A stretch of DNA of 64,000 nucleotides from a bacterium (GCA_963675295.2 CAXXKJ010000002.1:2336001-2400000), one strand, 5' to 3'; positions 27,127-37,424 are shown, counted from the stretch's first letter. The notes: generated by a model not told the origin, from the sequence alone. Numbers and translations are program-made.

Positions 27127-29931
27127 ATGATGCGCAGGCTACAGGTTTTACTTCTTGTACTGCTTGTCGCGGTGGTTGGCAGCGTGCAGGCGACAACCAT
27201 TTACGACATCCAGTACGTTCCGAACCCGGGCTCGGATGATGCCAGCCCGTTGCTCGGCCAGACGGTGACGGTGACCGGTCTGGTGACCTTCGAGCCGATG
27301 TCCAGTGGTGGCAACAGTTTCTTCATCGCGGACGATGCCGGCCCGTGGAACGGTGTCAATGTGTACACGGACGATGTGGACTACAATCTCGGTTTTGGCT
27401 GGGAAGTGGAAGTCACGGGTGTGGTCGATGAGTATAATGGCCTGACCGAAATCCTCGCGACCGAGGTGAACGTTCTGGACAACCGTTACGACATGGCCGC
27501 GTTCTGGGAAGACTTCTACGCCAACCCGGCCAGCTACCCGGAATTGCAGTACAGCGTGGTCGATCCCGCGAACCTGATCAACGCCGCGGATGCCGAACAG
27601 TATGAAGGCTGCCTGGTCAAGATTGAAAACGTGAGCGTTGAAACGCTGCCGGGTGATTTTGACGAGTGGAGCGTCAACGACGGCAACGACAACATCGTCG
27701 TGATTGACGACCCGGCCAGCGATGTCTGGGGCTACAAGCACACCGTCGTCGAAGGCAATAGCTACGAACGGATTCAGGGTATCCTGAACTACTCGCATGG
27801 TGAGTACAAGCTGCGTCCGGAAATCGCCTGGGACCTGAAGGTGGACATTGATCAGGCCAACGGTTACTACACCCAGGTCGCGTATTTCCAGCAGGTCCGT
27901 CCGATGGACATGACCGTGCGCGAATTTGGTGGCGAATTCCGTATGTGGGACAACTCGTATGCGGCCAATTCCCGCTATGGTCTGGACGAGAATGAAGGTA
28001 ACCGTGGTGAGGATATCATCATTCACGCCGTGGTTTCCTATCCGACCGACCTCGGCTATGCGGGTTCCACCGGCGCGAAGTTCATCATGACCGACTGGCT
28101 GGTTGGTGACACGCAGGAACCGTGGATGTCGGTACTCAGCTACACCCCGGACCTGAACCAGTTCGGCAACCTGTATGAAGGCGACGAAGTCGTGTTCTAC
28201 GGCCAGGTTGGTGAGTATGAGACTGCACCGTCGAAGATGACGGAAGTCTGGCTGTCTGATCCGTACGAATTCCTCAGCTTCGACAACCCGGTTCCGACTC
28301 CGGCGCTGGTTGACATTGAAGAGCTGCGTAACTCGATGACGGCGGAACAGTGGGGCAATGTGTTCGTCGAGCTGCAGGATGTGATCGATGTTGACAACGA
28401 TATTCCCAGCAACTATGAGTTGTTTGCTGTCGACGATGATCTCGATGACGATTGGCTTCCGGTCAATGTGGATGACGACTCGGCCGAGATGACCGGCTAC
28501 GAAGAGCCGCCAGTCGGTACGAACATCGAATCCATCACCGGTTGGATCTACAACCACTACGGCACGTACGACGAGACGACAACGAACAACTGGGCGTACA
28601 AAATCTGCCCGTCGTATCCGGAAGACATTCTCGTCGGCGAAGGCCCGCCGAACATCCTTAGCGTGACGCGTGACTACGGTGTCGTGCCCCCGGGCGCGCC
28701 GGTTACGATCAACGCGACGATCGCCGACAACTCATCTGTCGAACGCGCCACGGTGTATTACCGTTGGGACAACGGTACGTGGGAAAGTGACGACATGGAC
28801 TTCACCGGCGACATCTACTACGAATTCGAGATGGAAGTTGCGCCGGAAGGTACGTGGGTCGAGTACTACGTCGAAGCGGAAGACGACCTTGGCACCACCA
28901 GCACTTACCCGGGCGACCTCGACCTGCAGTACCTCGGCTACTGGGTGGATGATGACATCTCGATCCAGGACATCCAGTGGACGCCGTGGGCCTCTGGTTC
29001 CAGTCCGTATGAAGACGTTGTGATCGATGAAGTCACCGGTGTGCTTACCACAACGGCGACCAACGCTTTGACGTACGACGAACCGGAAGGCACGTATCCG
29101 TACTTCATGCAGGTTGGTGATAGTCCGGCCTGGAGTGGTATCATCGTCGTGCTGAACGAAGAGTACCAGCAGGGTGATGAGATCACTATTACCGGCGCTA
29201 CGGTCAACGAAATCGGTGTTGACAGCGAAGGCATTGGATGGACATTCAAGTGGGGTAGCTCAACCCGCCTGATCAACCCTGCGCTGGTTACGGTGAACAG
29301 TTCCGGTAACGACTTTGAAGTATACGAGACCGATGTTGCGACGGTGAACGCCGACCTGGAAGCCTGGGAAAGCGTGATGGTTCAGTTCAGTGACATCACG
29401 GTCGGTGGTCGTAACTCCTATGACGTTGACTTCCGTGACGCTTCCGGTGAAGTGTTCCTGATCGACGATGATATGGTGTTGCCGGATGAGCCAGACGATC
29501 CGGGCGTTCCCGCAGCACAGGACTTGTTCGATTCGCTGCAGCCGGCGATGACGAGCACGTCGTTCACCGGTCCGGTGACCTTCAGCTTCGGCACGTGGAA
29601 GATCGAAGTCCGTGACGAGTTCGACTTCGGTACGCTCGGTGTTGGCGAAGGCGTTGTTGAGCAGCCGCTCAGCTTCAACCTCGCGCCGGTGTATCCGAAC
29701 CCGTTCAACCCGAGCACGACGATCAACTTCAGCATCCCGTGGACGGGCAATGTGAAGGTGATTGTGTACAACGCTCTGGGCCAGAAGGTGACGACACTGC
29801 TAAACGAGCAGATGACTCCGGGCCAGCACACGTTGGTGTGGAATGCCCAGAATGTGTCGTCCGGCACGTACTTCCTGCGCCTGCTCTCGAACCGTGAGCA
29901 GAAGGTGCAGAAGATGGTGTTGATGAAGTAA
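27127..29931 (+). CDS. Secreted OB-fold repeat protein with T9SS type A CTD
   Basis: TIYDIQ...SPLLGQTVTVTGLVT and ISIQDIQ...SPYEDVV repeats resembling YhcR/ExeM-type OB folds; C-terminal YPNPFNPSTTI...SGTYF...KMVLMK. Confidence 0.8.
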   Translation: MMRRLQVLLLVLLVAVVGSVQATTIYDIQYVPNPGSDDASPLLGQTVTVTGLVTFEPMSSGGNSFFIADDAGPWNGVNVYTDDVDYNLGFGWEVEVTGVVDEYNGLTEILATEVNVLDNRYDMAAFWEDFYANPASYPELQYSVVDPANLINAADAEQYEGCLVKIENVSVETLPGDFDEWSVNDGNDNIVVIDDPASDVWGYKHTVVEGNSYERIQGILNYSHGEYKLRPEIAWDLKVDIDQANGYYTQVAYFQQVRPMDMTVREFGGEFRMWDNSYAANSRYGLDENEGNRGEDIIIHAVVSYPTDLGYAGSTGAKFIMTDWLVGDTQEPWMSVLSYTPDLNQFGNLYEGDEVVFYGQVGEYETAPSKMTEVWLSDPYEFLSFDNPVPTPALVDIEELRNSMTAEQWGNVFVELQDVIDVDNDIPSNYELFAVDDDLDDDWLPVNVDDDSAEMTGYEEPPVGTNIESITGWIYNHYGTYDETTTNNWAYKICPSYPEDILVGEGPPNILSVTRDYGVVPPGAPVTINATIADNSSVERATVYYRWDNGTWESDDMDFTGDIYYEFEMEVAPEGTWVEYYVEAEDDLGTTSTYPGDLDLQYLGYWVDDDISIQDIQWTPWASGSSPYEDVVIDEVTGVLTTTATNALTYDEPEGTYPYFMQVGDSPAWSGIIVVLNEEYQQGDEITITGATVNEIGVDSEGIGWTFKWGSSTRLINPALVTVNSSGNDFEVYETDVATVNADLEAWESVMVQFSDITVGGRNSYDVDFRDASGEVFLIDDDMVLPDEPDDPGVPAAQDLFDSLQPAMTSTSFTGPVTFSFGTWKIEVRDEFDFGTLGVGEGVVEQPLSFNLAPVYPNPFNPSTTINFSIPWTGNVKVIVYNALGQKVTTLLNEQMTPGQHTLVWNAQNVSSGTYFLRLLSNREQKVQKMVLMK

Positions 29932-29940
29932 AACGATTTT

Positions 29941-30017
29941 CGGTGACCGGCTGGATTGATGGTCACCGTTGGATGTAGAGGTCCGTGGACATCATTCCGC
30001 TGCGAATGATGTCCACG
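29941..30017 (+). other. Two adjacent intergenic stem-loops
   Basis: CGGTGACC/GGTCACCG (29941-29968) and 14-bp CGTGGACATCATTC/GAATGATGTCCACG (29984-30017), with no T tail. Confidence 0.65.
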
Positions 30018-30108
30018 TGGCCTGTTTGAACTACCGGTCATGGGACCGGACCTGGTCATGTCGCCGTGGCGGGAAGATTCCCGCGCGGACTACAGAGACT
30101 GCACGTAC

Positions 30109-31692
30109 ATGAGATCGAGTCGCAGGGTAGAGCGAGTCCTGATGCTGGCGGCGTTTGCGGCGTTCGTGCTGTTTGGCGGACTGCTGCTCGTCGGCTGCGA
30201 GGACAAGGATCCGTTGGACGCGGACGGCATCGCCGGACCGTCCAAGTCGCCGGTTGAGAATGAGCCGCCGGAAACGCACTTGTCGTTGAACTTCCCACCC
30301 GGTGAACTGCCGGACACCAGCCGCAGCTCGAAAACGCTGAACTGGTGGGGTGAGGATATCGACGGCCGAGTGGTTGGCTATCAGTACCGCTGGGGTCAGG
30401 TGGTTTTTGAGGATACGACCACCATCGCGGACTCCACGCAACTTGAACCGATTGACACGCTGTGGTACAACGGCGATTTCGCGTTTGTCGGTGGTGATGA
30501 TGAAGTGTGGGTCAGCACCTCGTACGAAGAAGTGAAATTCGTGCTTCCGATTCGTACGGTGTCCGCTACGTTCACGATGCAGGTGCGGGCGTTGGACAAC
30601 GACGGAGCGATTGACCCGACACCGGCGGAAATCGCGTTTCCGATCATCAACAGCAAGCCGGAAATCGAGTTTCGTGAAGGATCGAACCCGGGCACGTCCG
30701 ATCCGGACACGACCGTCATTGATTCGGTTTTCACGTTCCCAGTGCGGACGTTTGTCTGGGACGCCAGCGATCCGGACGGCAACGAAAGTATCGACAAGAT
30801 CCTGTACGCGCTCGATCCCGTTCCAGGCGACACGAACTGGCAGGAACTGGCCGGGAATGAATCCAGCGTGACGCTCACCGAGCTGACTCCTGGCGCACAC
30901 TCGATTGCGGTCAAGGTGATTGACGTCGCGGGATTTGAATCGCCGTCCATCATGTATCCTGATCCGGCGAAGAAGGATGTCGATCCGGACTACTGGATCG
31001 TGAAAGCGCCCGCTCCAGGCGGGTTCCTGATCGTGGACGACTACGCGTTGCAGTCGCAGAACGGGACCTTGAACTATTACAAGGCGATCCTCGACAGCAT
31101 CTACAACGACGGCACCGATGGGGAAGACGATGTCTACAGTGTCTGGGAGCTGGAAGAGCTGCCGTACGCGACGACGGATGTCACCCAGTCGTTGCTGATG
31201 TTTGACAAGGTGCTGTGGTATTCCTTCCGTGGGACACCCTTGTTGACAGATGCTTTTGCCTCGATGTACTCGTTCATCAACACCGAGGGGAACCGGTTGT
31301 TGCTGACGACCTCGGTGGTGGATTCCGGCGAAGCGGGTGTGGATGAAGGAATGTTGCTGGACATCGCGGACGGTGTTGAGTTCATTTCCGGCCGCTTTGG
31401 CACATTGTCGGATGATCCGGTTTACATGGACCCGGTCGATGTCCCGAGTTTGCCGCAGCTTTACATCGGTGGACTGATCAACTCCAACACCTGGGGATTG
31501 ATTCCTGCCGCAGGTTCGGAGATCCTCTATCGTCTCGATGAGTCAACGCACGAACCTCCACAGTATGAGGGGACGCCGGTTGTTGGTCTGCGGCGTCAGG
31601 ACAAGTCCTACACCCTGATTACGATTCCATTGGATCTAACCTCCGACCGGCCCAAGGTCGGCGAGTTGATCCGAAACACCTTTGCCGAGTAG
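30109..31692 (+). CDS. Lipoprotein with Ig/FN3-like domains
   Basis: Lipobox LLVGC; NEPPET, WWGEDIDG and VRALDNDGAIDPTPA repeats. Confidence 0.75.
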   Translation: MRSSRRVERVLMLAAFAAFVLFGGLLLVGCEDKDPLDADGIAGPSKSPVENEPPETHLSLNFPPGELPDTSRSSKTLNWWGEDIDGRVVGYQYRWGQVVFEDTTTIADSTQLEPIDTLWYNGDFAFVGGDDEVWVSTSYEEVKFVLPIRTVSATFTMQVRALDNDGAIDPTPAEIAFPIINSKPEIEFREGSNPGTSDPDTTVIDSVFTFPVRTFVWDASDPDGNESIDKILYALDPVPGDTNWQELAGNESSVTLTELTPGAHSIAVKVIDVAGFESPSIMYPDPAKKDVDPDYWIVKAPAPGGFLIVDDYALQSQNGTLNYYKAILDSIYNDGTDGEDDVYSVWELEELPYATTDVTQSLLMFDKVLWYSFRGTPLLTDAFASMYSFINTEGNRLLLTTSVVDSGEAGVDEGMLLDIADGVEFISGRFGTLSDDPVYMDPVDVPSLPQLYIGGLINSNTWGLIPAAGSEILYRLDESTHEPPQYEGTPVVGLRRQDKSYTLITIPLDLTSDRPKVGELIRNTFAE

Positions 31693-31696
31693 ACGG

Positions 31697-34492
31697 ATGA
31701 AACGAGCTTTGCAACCTGTGGAACCAACCTCTCGTCCAGTGATGATGCGTCTGCTGTCCGGGTTGCTGTTTCTGCTGCTGGCCGGAACATTCGCCACGGC
31801 AGCGGCGCAGACCGGCAGCATTTTCGGCACGATCACCGATGCGGAAACGGGCGAACCGATCCCGACGGTGAATGTCGTGCTGCAGGGTACGCACAAGGGC
31901 GGCACGACGGACATTGACGGGAATTACATCATCCCGCTGGTCGCACCTGGCGGGTACGACCTGCGCGCATCCTACGTCGGCTACAAGGTGTTCCTGAAGA
32001 CCGATGTGCAGGTGGAGGCGGATGAACGTGTCCGTGTCGACTTGCAGCTTGAGCCGACGGTGCTGGCGCTGGGTGAGGAAATAGTCATCATCGGCGAGAA
32101 GCCGCTGCTGGACGTTGAAGAGACCTCGACGACGCGTATCATCGGTGCCGATGATATCAGCGAATTGGCGGTGGAAAACCTGGATGACGTGCTCGAGCAG
32201 CAGGTGGGTATTGTTCGTGAGAACAACGATATCCACATTCGCGGCGGCCGTGCGGACGAGAACCTGTACATCATCGACAACGTGTCGGTGAAAGACCCGA
32301 TCTCGGGGCAGGGGCTGGGGATTTACCTCTCGGCGGAATCGATCAAGCAGCTCGAGGTGATCACCGGCGGGTTCAACGCCGAGTATGGCCAGGCGATGTC
32401 GGGGCTGGTCAACGTCGAGACCAAGGAGGGTGGCGACACCTGGTCCGGGACGTTCTCGACAAAGACAGACAATCTCGCTGATTGGCCGGACGGCAACCAG
32501 AACACGAACAACGTCGAGTTCTCGCTCGGTGGGCCGGACCCGATCACCCGTGACCTGCTGCCGTCAGTCGGGGTCAACATCAAGGGCAAGTCGAGCCTGT
32601 TCCTGAACGGGTACGGCTACATCAGCGACACGCACCTGCCCGCCGCGGCTACCGAGTTGGTTCCCCGTGACGAAGGGATGGAACCCTTTTCGCTGCGTGA
32701 AGAGAACAACTACTCGATCCTCGGCAAGTACACGTACAACCCGACGCCAACGCTGAAGTTCGCCTACAGTTACGGCCGCAGCCTGCAGATCAACCAGGCG
32801 TATTTTGACGCGATTGTCGAAGACCGTACCTACTTCCCGCTGGAATATTTGCTGATCCTGGACGATTACAACACGGTTACCCGCGAGGGGTTGCAGCAGT
32901 CGTTCCACGTCAAGCAGACGTTGAACAACACGACGTGGTACGAGTTGACGCTGGGTAATTTCTTCAATCGGGTGCATTCGGCGGCGGAGGGCAAGCACTG
33001 GTCGGAGTATCAGCAGCCGGTTGATCTTGAGCCGGTACTGTATGAGATCGGTCCATCCGGCGATGTGACAGTCAAGTACGGCGACGGCTTGTGGGATGCG
33101 GGCAACGGCGACACGTGGCACGACCACTACAACGACACGTGGCAGCTGCGCGGCAACATCACCAGCCACCTCAGCGATCGCAACACGTTGAAAGCCGGCC
33201 TCGAGTACGAGCAGACCAAACTGCAGCTGTTGAGCATTCACGATCCGTGGATTGCGTCCACCGATTTCGGCGGCGACTTCGACATGTACCATGCCGTCAG
33301 CGAGGCGGGCGCGTTCTTCGTGCAGGACAAGATCGAGTTCAAGGGCTTGATCGCGAACGTCGGCATGCGTCTCGACTGGTGGCGGCCGGGCGAATACGTC
33401 GAGGACGCAATTGAGGACCAGGACATCATCACGCTGAGTAACGAAGCCCGGCAGCTGTTCTATGATGAGACGTACGACATCTTCGACCGGCGCATCAAGA
33501 TGCACCTCAGCCCGCGCCTGGGCATCAGCCACCCGGTGACGGACAACGACGTGCTGTTCTTCAGCTACGGTCACTTCAGCCAGCGGCCGAAGTATGCGTA
33601 CGTGTTCGCCAAGCTGCGGTCCTACAGCCCGAGCACGTACCAGCTCTTCGGCAACCCGAATTTGAATCCGCAGACGACGGTCGCCTACGAGCTAGGCCTG
33701 AAACACCGTTTCACCGGTGACCAGGTGATTGAGGTGGTGGCGTTCAACAAGGACCTGTTCGACTACGCGACCAGCTTCAACGTCAAGAGCACCAACCCGC
33801 GTCTCGGAAATATCTCCTACTTCCAGTACTTCAACATCGACTACGCGCGTGTGCGTGGTGTTGAGTTCCGCTTCCGGGCACGGCAGGGCCGTTACCTGAC
33901 CGGCAACTTTGATTTCTCGTACCAGATCGCGACCGGCAAGAGTTCGAGCGCGAACGCGGAAATCCAGGCGGCGGCGAACACCAGCATCGCGGAGAAGACG
34001 CTGGGTGAGGAATACCTGGCGTGGGACCGTCCGTTCAACGCCAGCTTCACGCTGTGGTTGCGTGTCCCGCAGGACGATTCGCCGGACTGGTTCGGCTGGA
34101 GCGGTTGGCCGACGAACTGGGGTGGCAGCATCCGCTGGGAAGGTGGCAGCGGCAAGCGGTACACCGAGTCGGTCCTGAGCAGCAACGGGCAGGACATCCA
34201 GGAAATCGGCCAGCGGTATGGGCTGGTGTCCGACTTCTGGAATACGGTGGATATCCGTCTGTGGAAGGAATGGCAACTGACCCGGGCGGCGAGTTTCCGC
34301 GTGTTCGGTGAAGTGCTGAACATGTTCGACTACAAGAAACCGACCCAGATCAACCCGTTAACCGGGCGGCCGTATGAGTATGGCGACCCGGCACCACGAT
34401 CCTGGGAGAATGCGTTCGGGAACATCATCGTCGATCCGAGCCGGTATTCGGCGCCACGGCAAGTGTTCCTCGGCGTGTCGATGAGGTTCTAG
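31697..34492 (+). CDS. TonB-dependent receptor with N-terminal carboxypeptidase-regulatory-like domain
   Basis: GSIFGTITDAETGEPI, plug HIRGGRADE...ITGGFNAEYG, GNPNLNPQ, SPRLGISHP and terminal Phe. Confidence 0.93.
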   Translation: MKRALQPVEPTSRPVMMRLLSGLLFLLLAGTFATAAAQTGSIFGTITDAETGEPIPTVNVVLQGTHKGGTTDIDGNYIIPLVAPGGYDLRASYVGYKVFLKTDVQVEADERVRVDLQLEPTVLALGEEIVIIGEKPLLDVEETSTTRIIGADDISELAVENLDDVLEQQVGIVRENNDIHIRGGRADENLYIIDNVSVKDPISGQGLGIYLSAESIKQLEVITGGFNAEYGQAMSGLVNVETKEGGDTWSGTFSTKTDNLADWPDGNQNTNNVEFSLGGPDPITRDLLPSVGVNIKGKSSLFLNGYGYISDTHLPAAATELVPRDEGMEPFSLREENNYSILGKYTYNPTPTLKFAYSYGRSLQINQAYFDAIVEDRTYFPLEYLLILDDYNTVTREGLQQSFHVKQTLNNTTWYELTLGNFFNRVHSAAEGKHWSEYQQPVDLEPVLYEIGPSGDVTVKYGDGLWDAGNGDTWHDHYNDTWQLRGNITSHLSDRNTLKAGLEYEQTKLQLLSIHDPWIASTDFGGDFDMYHAVSEAGAFFVQDKIEFKGLIANVGMRLDWWRPGEYVEDAIEDQDIITLSNEARQLFYDETYDIFDRRIKMHLSPRLGISHPVTDNDVLFFSYGHFSQRPKYAYVFAKLRSYSPSTYQLFGNPNLNPQTTVAYELGLKHRFTGDQVIEVVAFNKDLFDYATSFNVKSTNPRLGNISYFQYFNIDYARVRGVEFRFRARQGRYLTGNFDFSYQIATGKSSSANAEIQAAANTSIAEKTLGEEYLAWDRPFNASFTLWLRVPQDDSPDWFGWSGWPTNWGGSIRWEGGSGKRYTESVLSSNGQDIQEIGQRYGLVSDFWNTVDIRLWKEWQLTRAASFRVFGEVLNMFDYKKPTQINPLTGRPYEYGDPAPRSWENAFGNIIVDPSRYSAPRQVFLGVSMRF

Positions 34493-34499
34493 GACAGAA

Positions 34500-34548
34500 C
34501 AGTGATGAGTTGTGAGTTGTGAGTGGTGAGTAAAAACAACTGACAACA
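34500..34548. repeat. Heptamer array (GAGT(T/G)GT)n with a partly complementary ACAAC arm
   Basis: Seen directly between the TBDR and PorV-like genes; similar to 42171-42197. Confidence 0.65.
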
Positions 34549-34603
34549 CCCTTGGATTGGTCGTGAGATCCGTTAACTGGTTTTGGTTACGTGAAGCGAA
34601 GTG

Positions 34604-35695
34604 ATGCGTAAACACACGAAAATACTGGTTGCCGTTGCGTTTCTGGTCGCACTCGTTCCGTTTGCAGAGGGGCAGGAGCTGTTCCAGATTCTCGGCGGGC
34701 AACGTGTCGGCACCTCGGCGATGACGTTCCTCAAGATTCCGGTCGGTGCTCGTGCGGAAGCGATGGGCGGTGCGTATGTCGCGGTGGCGAACGATCCGTT
34801 CGCGGTGTTCTGGAATCCAGCCGGGATTGCACAGATCGGCACGCGTTGGCAGGGCAAGTACGTCGTCGATCCGAACAAGGCGCCGGAAGGGGTGAAAGCC
34901 CCGCCGAGCACGCTGCAGCGGCTGTTCACCGGCGACCGTGCGATCGGCATGGTGCGGAACAACTGGATCGCGGAGATCAGTTACGACGCGCTGGCGTACA
35001 CCCAGCCGTTACCAATTGGTACCCTCGGCATCATGGCGGCCAGCCTGACCACGGCCGACATGGAGATCACCACTGAGTACCATCCGGACGGTACCGGTGA
35101 GTATTTCAGCTACAGCGACATGCTGCTCGGCGTCGGGTACGGTCTCGCGATGACGGACAACTTCAGCTTCGGTGTCACCGCGAAGTATGCTCGTGAAGTG
35201 TTGGCCGATACGCAGATGGAAAACGTGATGCTCGACCTCGGGACCTACTACTGGACCGGGTGGCGGGATCTGCGACTGGCGGTGGCGTTGATGAACTTCG
35301 GCCCGAACACGAAGCCGGATGGTACGTACATCACGACGGATGCCGAAGGCGATGAACTCGAGAAGAGCTTCAAGGCCTACAGTCCGCCGGTTGAGTTTCG
35401 TCTCGGCGCGGCGTATTCGCCGATTGCGATCGACCAGCACAAGCTGCTTGTATCGATGCAGCTGAACCACCCGATCGACAACGCGGAGAACCTGAAGCTC
35501 GGCGCGGAGTATGGATTTGCCGGGATGTTGTTCCTGCGTGGCGGGTACAAGATCAACACGGATGAAGACCGTTACACGATCGGCGCGGGTGTCCGTGTGC
35601 CGGTGGGCAATGTCGCCCTGAGCGCGGATTACAGCTACACCGACTTCGGCATTCTCGACCAGAGCCAGCGTTTCAGCCTGGGCCTGACGTTCTGA
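34604..35695 (+). CDS. PorV/PorQ family outer membrane beta-barrel
   Basis: FLKIPVGARAEAMGGAYVAVAND...FWNPAG, GAEY...LRGGY and DYSY..FG...RFSLGLTF. Confidence 0.88.
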   Translation: MRKHTKILVAVAFLVALVPFAEGQELFQILGGQRVGTSAMTFLKIPVGARAEAMGGAYVAVANDPFAVFWNPAGIAQIGTRWQGKYVVDPNKAPEGVKAPPSTLQRLFTGDRAIGMVRNNWIAEISYDALAYTQPLPIGTLGIMAASLTTADMEITTEYHPDGTGEYFSYSDMLLGVGYGLAMTDNFSFGVTAKYAREVLADTQMENVMLDLGTYYWTGWRDLRLAVALMNFGPNTKPDGTYITTDAEGDELEKSFKAYSPPVEFRLGAAYSPIAIDQHKLLVSMQLNHPIDNAENLKLGAEYGFAGMLFLRGGYKINTDEDRYTIGAGVRVPVGNVALSADYSYTDFGILDQSQRFSLGLTF

Positions 35696-37284
35696 TGGAA
35701 TCGAACATGAACCACCTCTTGAAGTTTTCGACTCTGACGTTGCTTCTCGCCAGCCTGATGCTGTCTGGTTGCGTGGATGAACCGGACCTGCCGACGAGCA
35801 TCAACAACTCGGATGATTTCGGCGCCAACGACACATCGTTTGTCCGTGTCGCACCGGACTGGAGCAACGGGCAGGGCTACGACTGGGACAATCCGGGCGA
35901 AATCCACATCGCGCGTGACGGGTACATGTACATCGCGGACGAGAAGGACGGCGGCCGTGTGACTCAGTTGAAACTTGACGGATCGATTGTTGACCGGTCA
36001 CTGTTCCAGGAAGTGATCGACACGACCGGGCGTGCGCCGGTGGGATTGGGTCAGTGCTCGAAGCTGAATTTGTACATGGTGGACGGGTCCAACATCATCT
36101 ATGCCCGCAACACTGCGGTGGAATACTTCGGGATCGACGAGGTGATTGTTTCGTTTGAAATGATCGATCTGCGGACTGGCGACCGTTACACCATCGACAA
36201 CAGCCGGCCGGTGTTTGAACAGTTACTGGACCTGGTGAATGATGGTATCGACAGCCTGGCGACGGATTACAACACAGTCGTGACCACGTCGGACCCGGAC
36301 ACGCTGGCGCGCTATGAACGCGAGTATGTTTTCCTCGCGGATACCACCGGCGAACACCCGAGTGAATTCACCGATATCGACGGTGGTCCTGCCGGTGAAG
36401 AGGTTGTGTACCTTGCGGATCAGGGGAATGACCGGATCGCCACGTTCCTGATCGCGACATCGCGTGTGCTGTTCCTGAAGGATGGCAGTGTCGCCTACGC
36501 GTACGCCGGCTTGCACCTCAACGACACGGTGGAATTCGGGTCGGGGCAGGTGTCGACGAACAACCCGACGAGTATTGTCACCACCGGCAGTGGCACGAGC
36601 ACACGGCTGTATTTCACGCAGGTGGACGGCAACTTCCTGTTCCAGCGGCTGCGGCCGTCCGGGGACTCGTGGCAGTTTGATGTTGCGGCGAGCGGTGACG
36701 GGCCGCCATTGATTGAGCTGGACTATTTCGGCGCACCGGTTGGAGTCGCGGTTGGCGAGAGCGACGAGTACGGCCTCGGCTTGATCTATGTCGCGGATTC
36801 GTTGCAGAACCGTGTGACAGCGTTTTATTCTGGCGGCGCGACGTTCCGTCATGTCGCCGCGGAAACCGAGCTGGTCGATCTCGAGCCGGGCGAATACATC
36901 GTGGATGCGCTCGACGCGTTGGGGATTGAGTGGTATCCAGACATCAACCAGGAGCTGATCGGGTACTATTCTGGTGAGACGGTTGATGTGGAAGTTTCGG
37001 AAGGCCAGACGATCTCGGAAGCGGTTGCGGCGGCGGGCTATGAGTTCGATCCGCTGCTGAATCCGGACCTCAACCCGGACGCGACGGTCGCGGAGGCGAC
37101 GGTGATCAGTGTCCGAATCCCGATTGCGACCACGGTCGAGGTGTCGCTGCCAACGCTGGACAAGCCGCGCGGGGTGGCGACGCGGGACGGTGTTGTCTAC
37201 ATCACCGACTCCGGTCACAATCGGATTGTGCGGTACAGCCGCAGCGACTCGGACAGCTACATCCCGAATGATCCGAACTATTGA
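35695..37284 (+). CDS. NHL/beta-propeller lipoprotein
   Basis: Lipobox LSGC; YIADE, YLADQGNDRI, YVADSLQNRV and PRGVA...YITDSGHNRIV blades; TGATG coupling to the PorV-like gene. Confidence 0.8.
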   Translation: MESNMNHLLKFSTLTLLLASLMLSGCVDEPDLPTSINNSDDFGANDTSFVRVAPDWSNGQGYDWDNPGEIHIARDGYMYIADEKDGGRVTQLKLDGSIVDRSLFQEVIDTTGRAPVGLGQCSKLNLYMVDGSNIIYARNTAVEYFGIDEVIVSFEMIDLRTGDRYTIDNSRPVFEQLLDLVNDGIDSLATDYNTVVTTSDPDTLARYEREYVFLADTTGEHPSEFTDIDGGPAGEEVVYLADQGNDRIATFLIATSRVLFLKDGSVAYAYAGLHLNDTVEFGSGQVSTNNPTSIVTTGSGTSTRLYFTQVDGNFLFQRLRPSGDSWQFDVAASGDGPPLIELDYFGAPVGVAVGESDEYGLGLIYVADSLQNRVTAFYSGGATFRHVAAETELVDLEPGEYIVDALDALGIEWYPDINQELIGYYSGETVDVEVSEGQTISEAVAAAGYEFDPLLNPDLNPDATVAEATVISVRIPIATTVEVSLPTLDKPRGVATRDGVVYITDSGHNRIVRYSRSDSDSYIPNDPNY

Positions 37285-37353
37285 GTCGGCAAGTACAAAG
37301 TCGAAAGTCGACTGAGCACTGACCACTGACGACTGATCACAGTCTTTTCACCT

Positions 37354-37380
37354 CCCCGGCTTGCGTACAGGCCGGGGTTT
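37354..37380 (+). terminator. Probable terminator ending the TBDR locus
   Basis: CCCCGGC(T)TG...CAGGCCGGGG followed by TTT. Confidence 0.5.
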
Positions 37381-37424
37381 GGTTTACTTCGGGGAGGTCG
37401 CGGGCTCTGGGCTGTAGGATGTTG

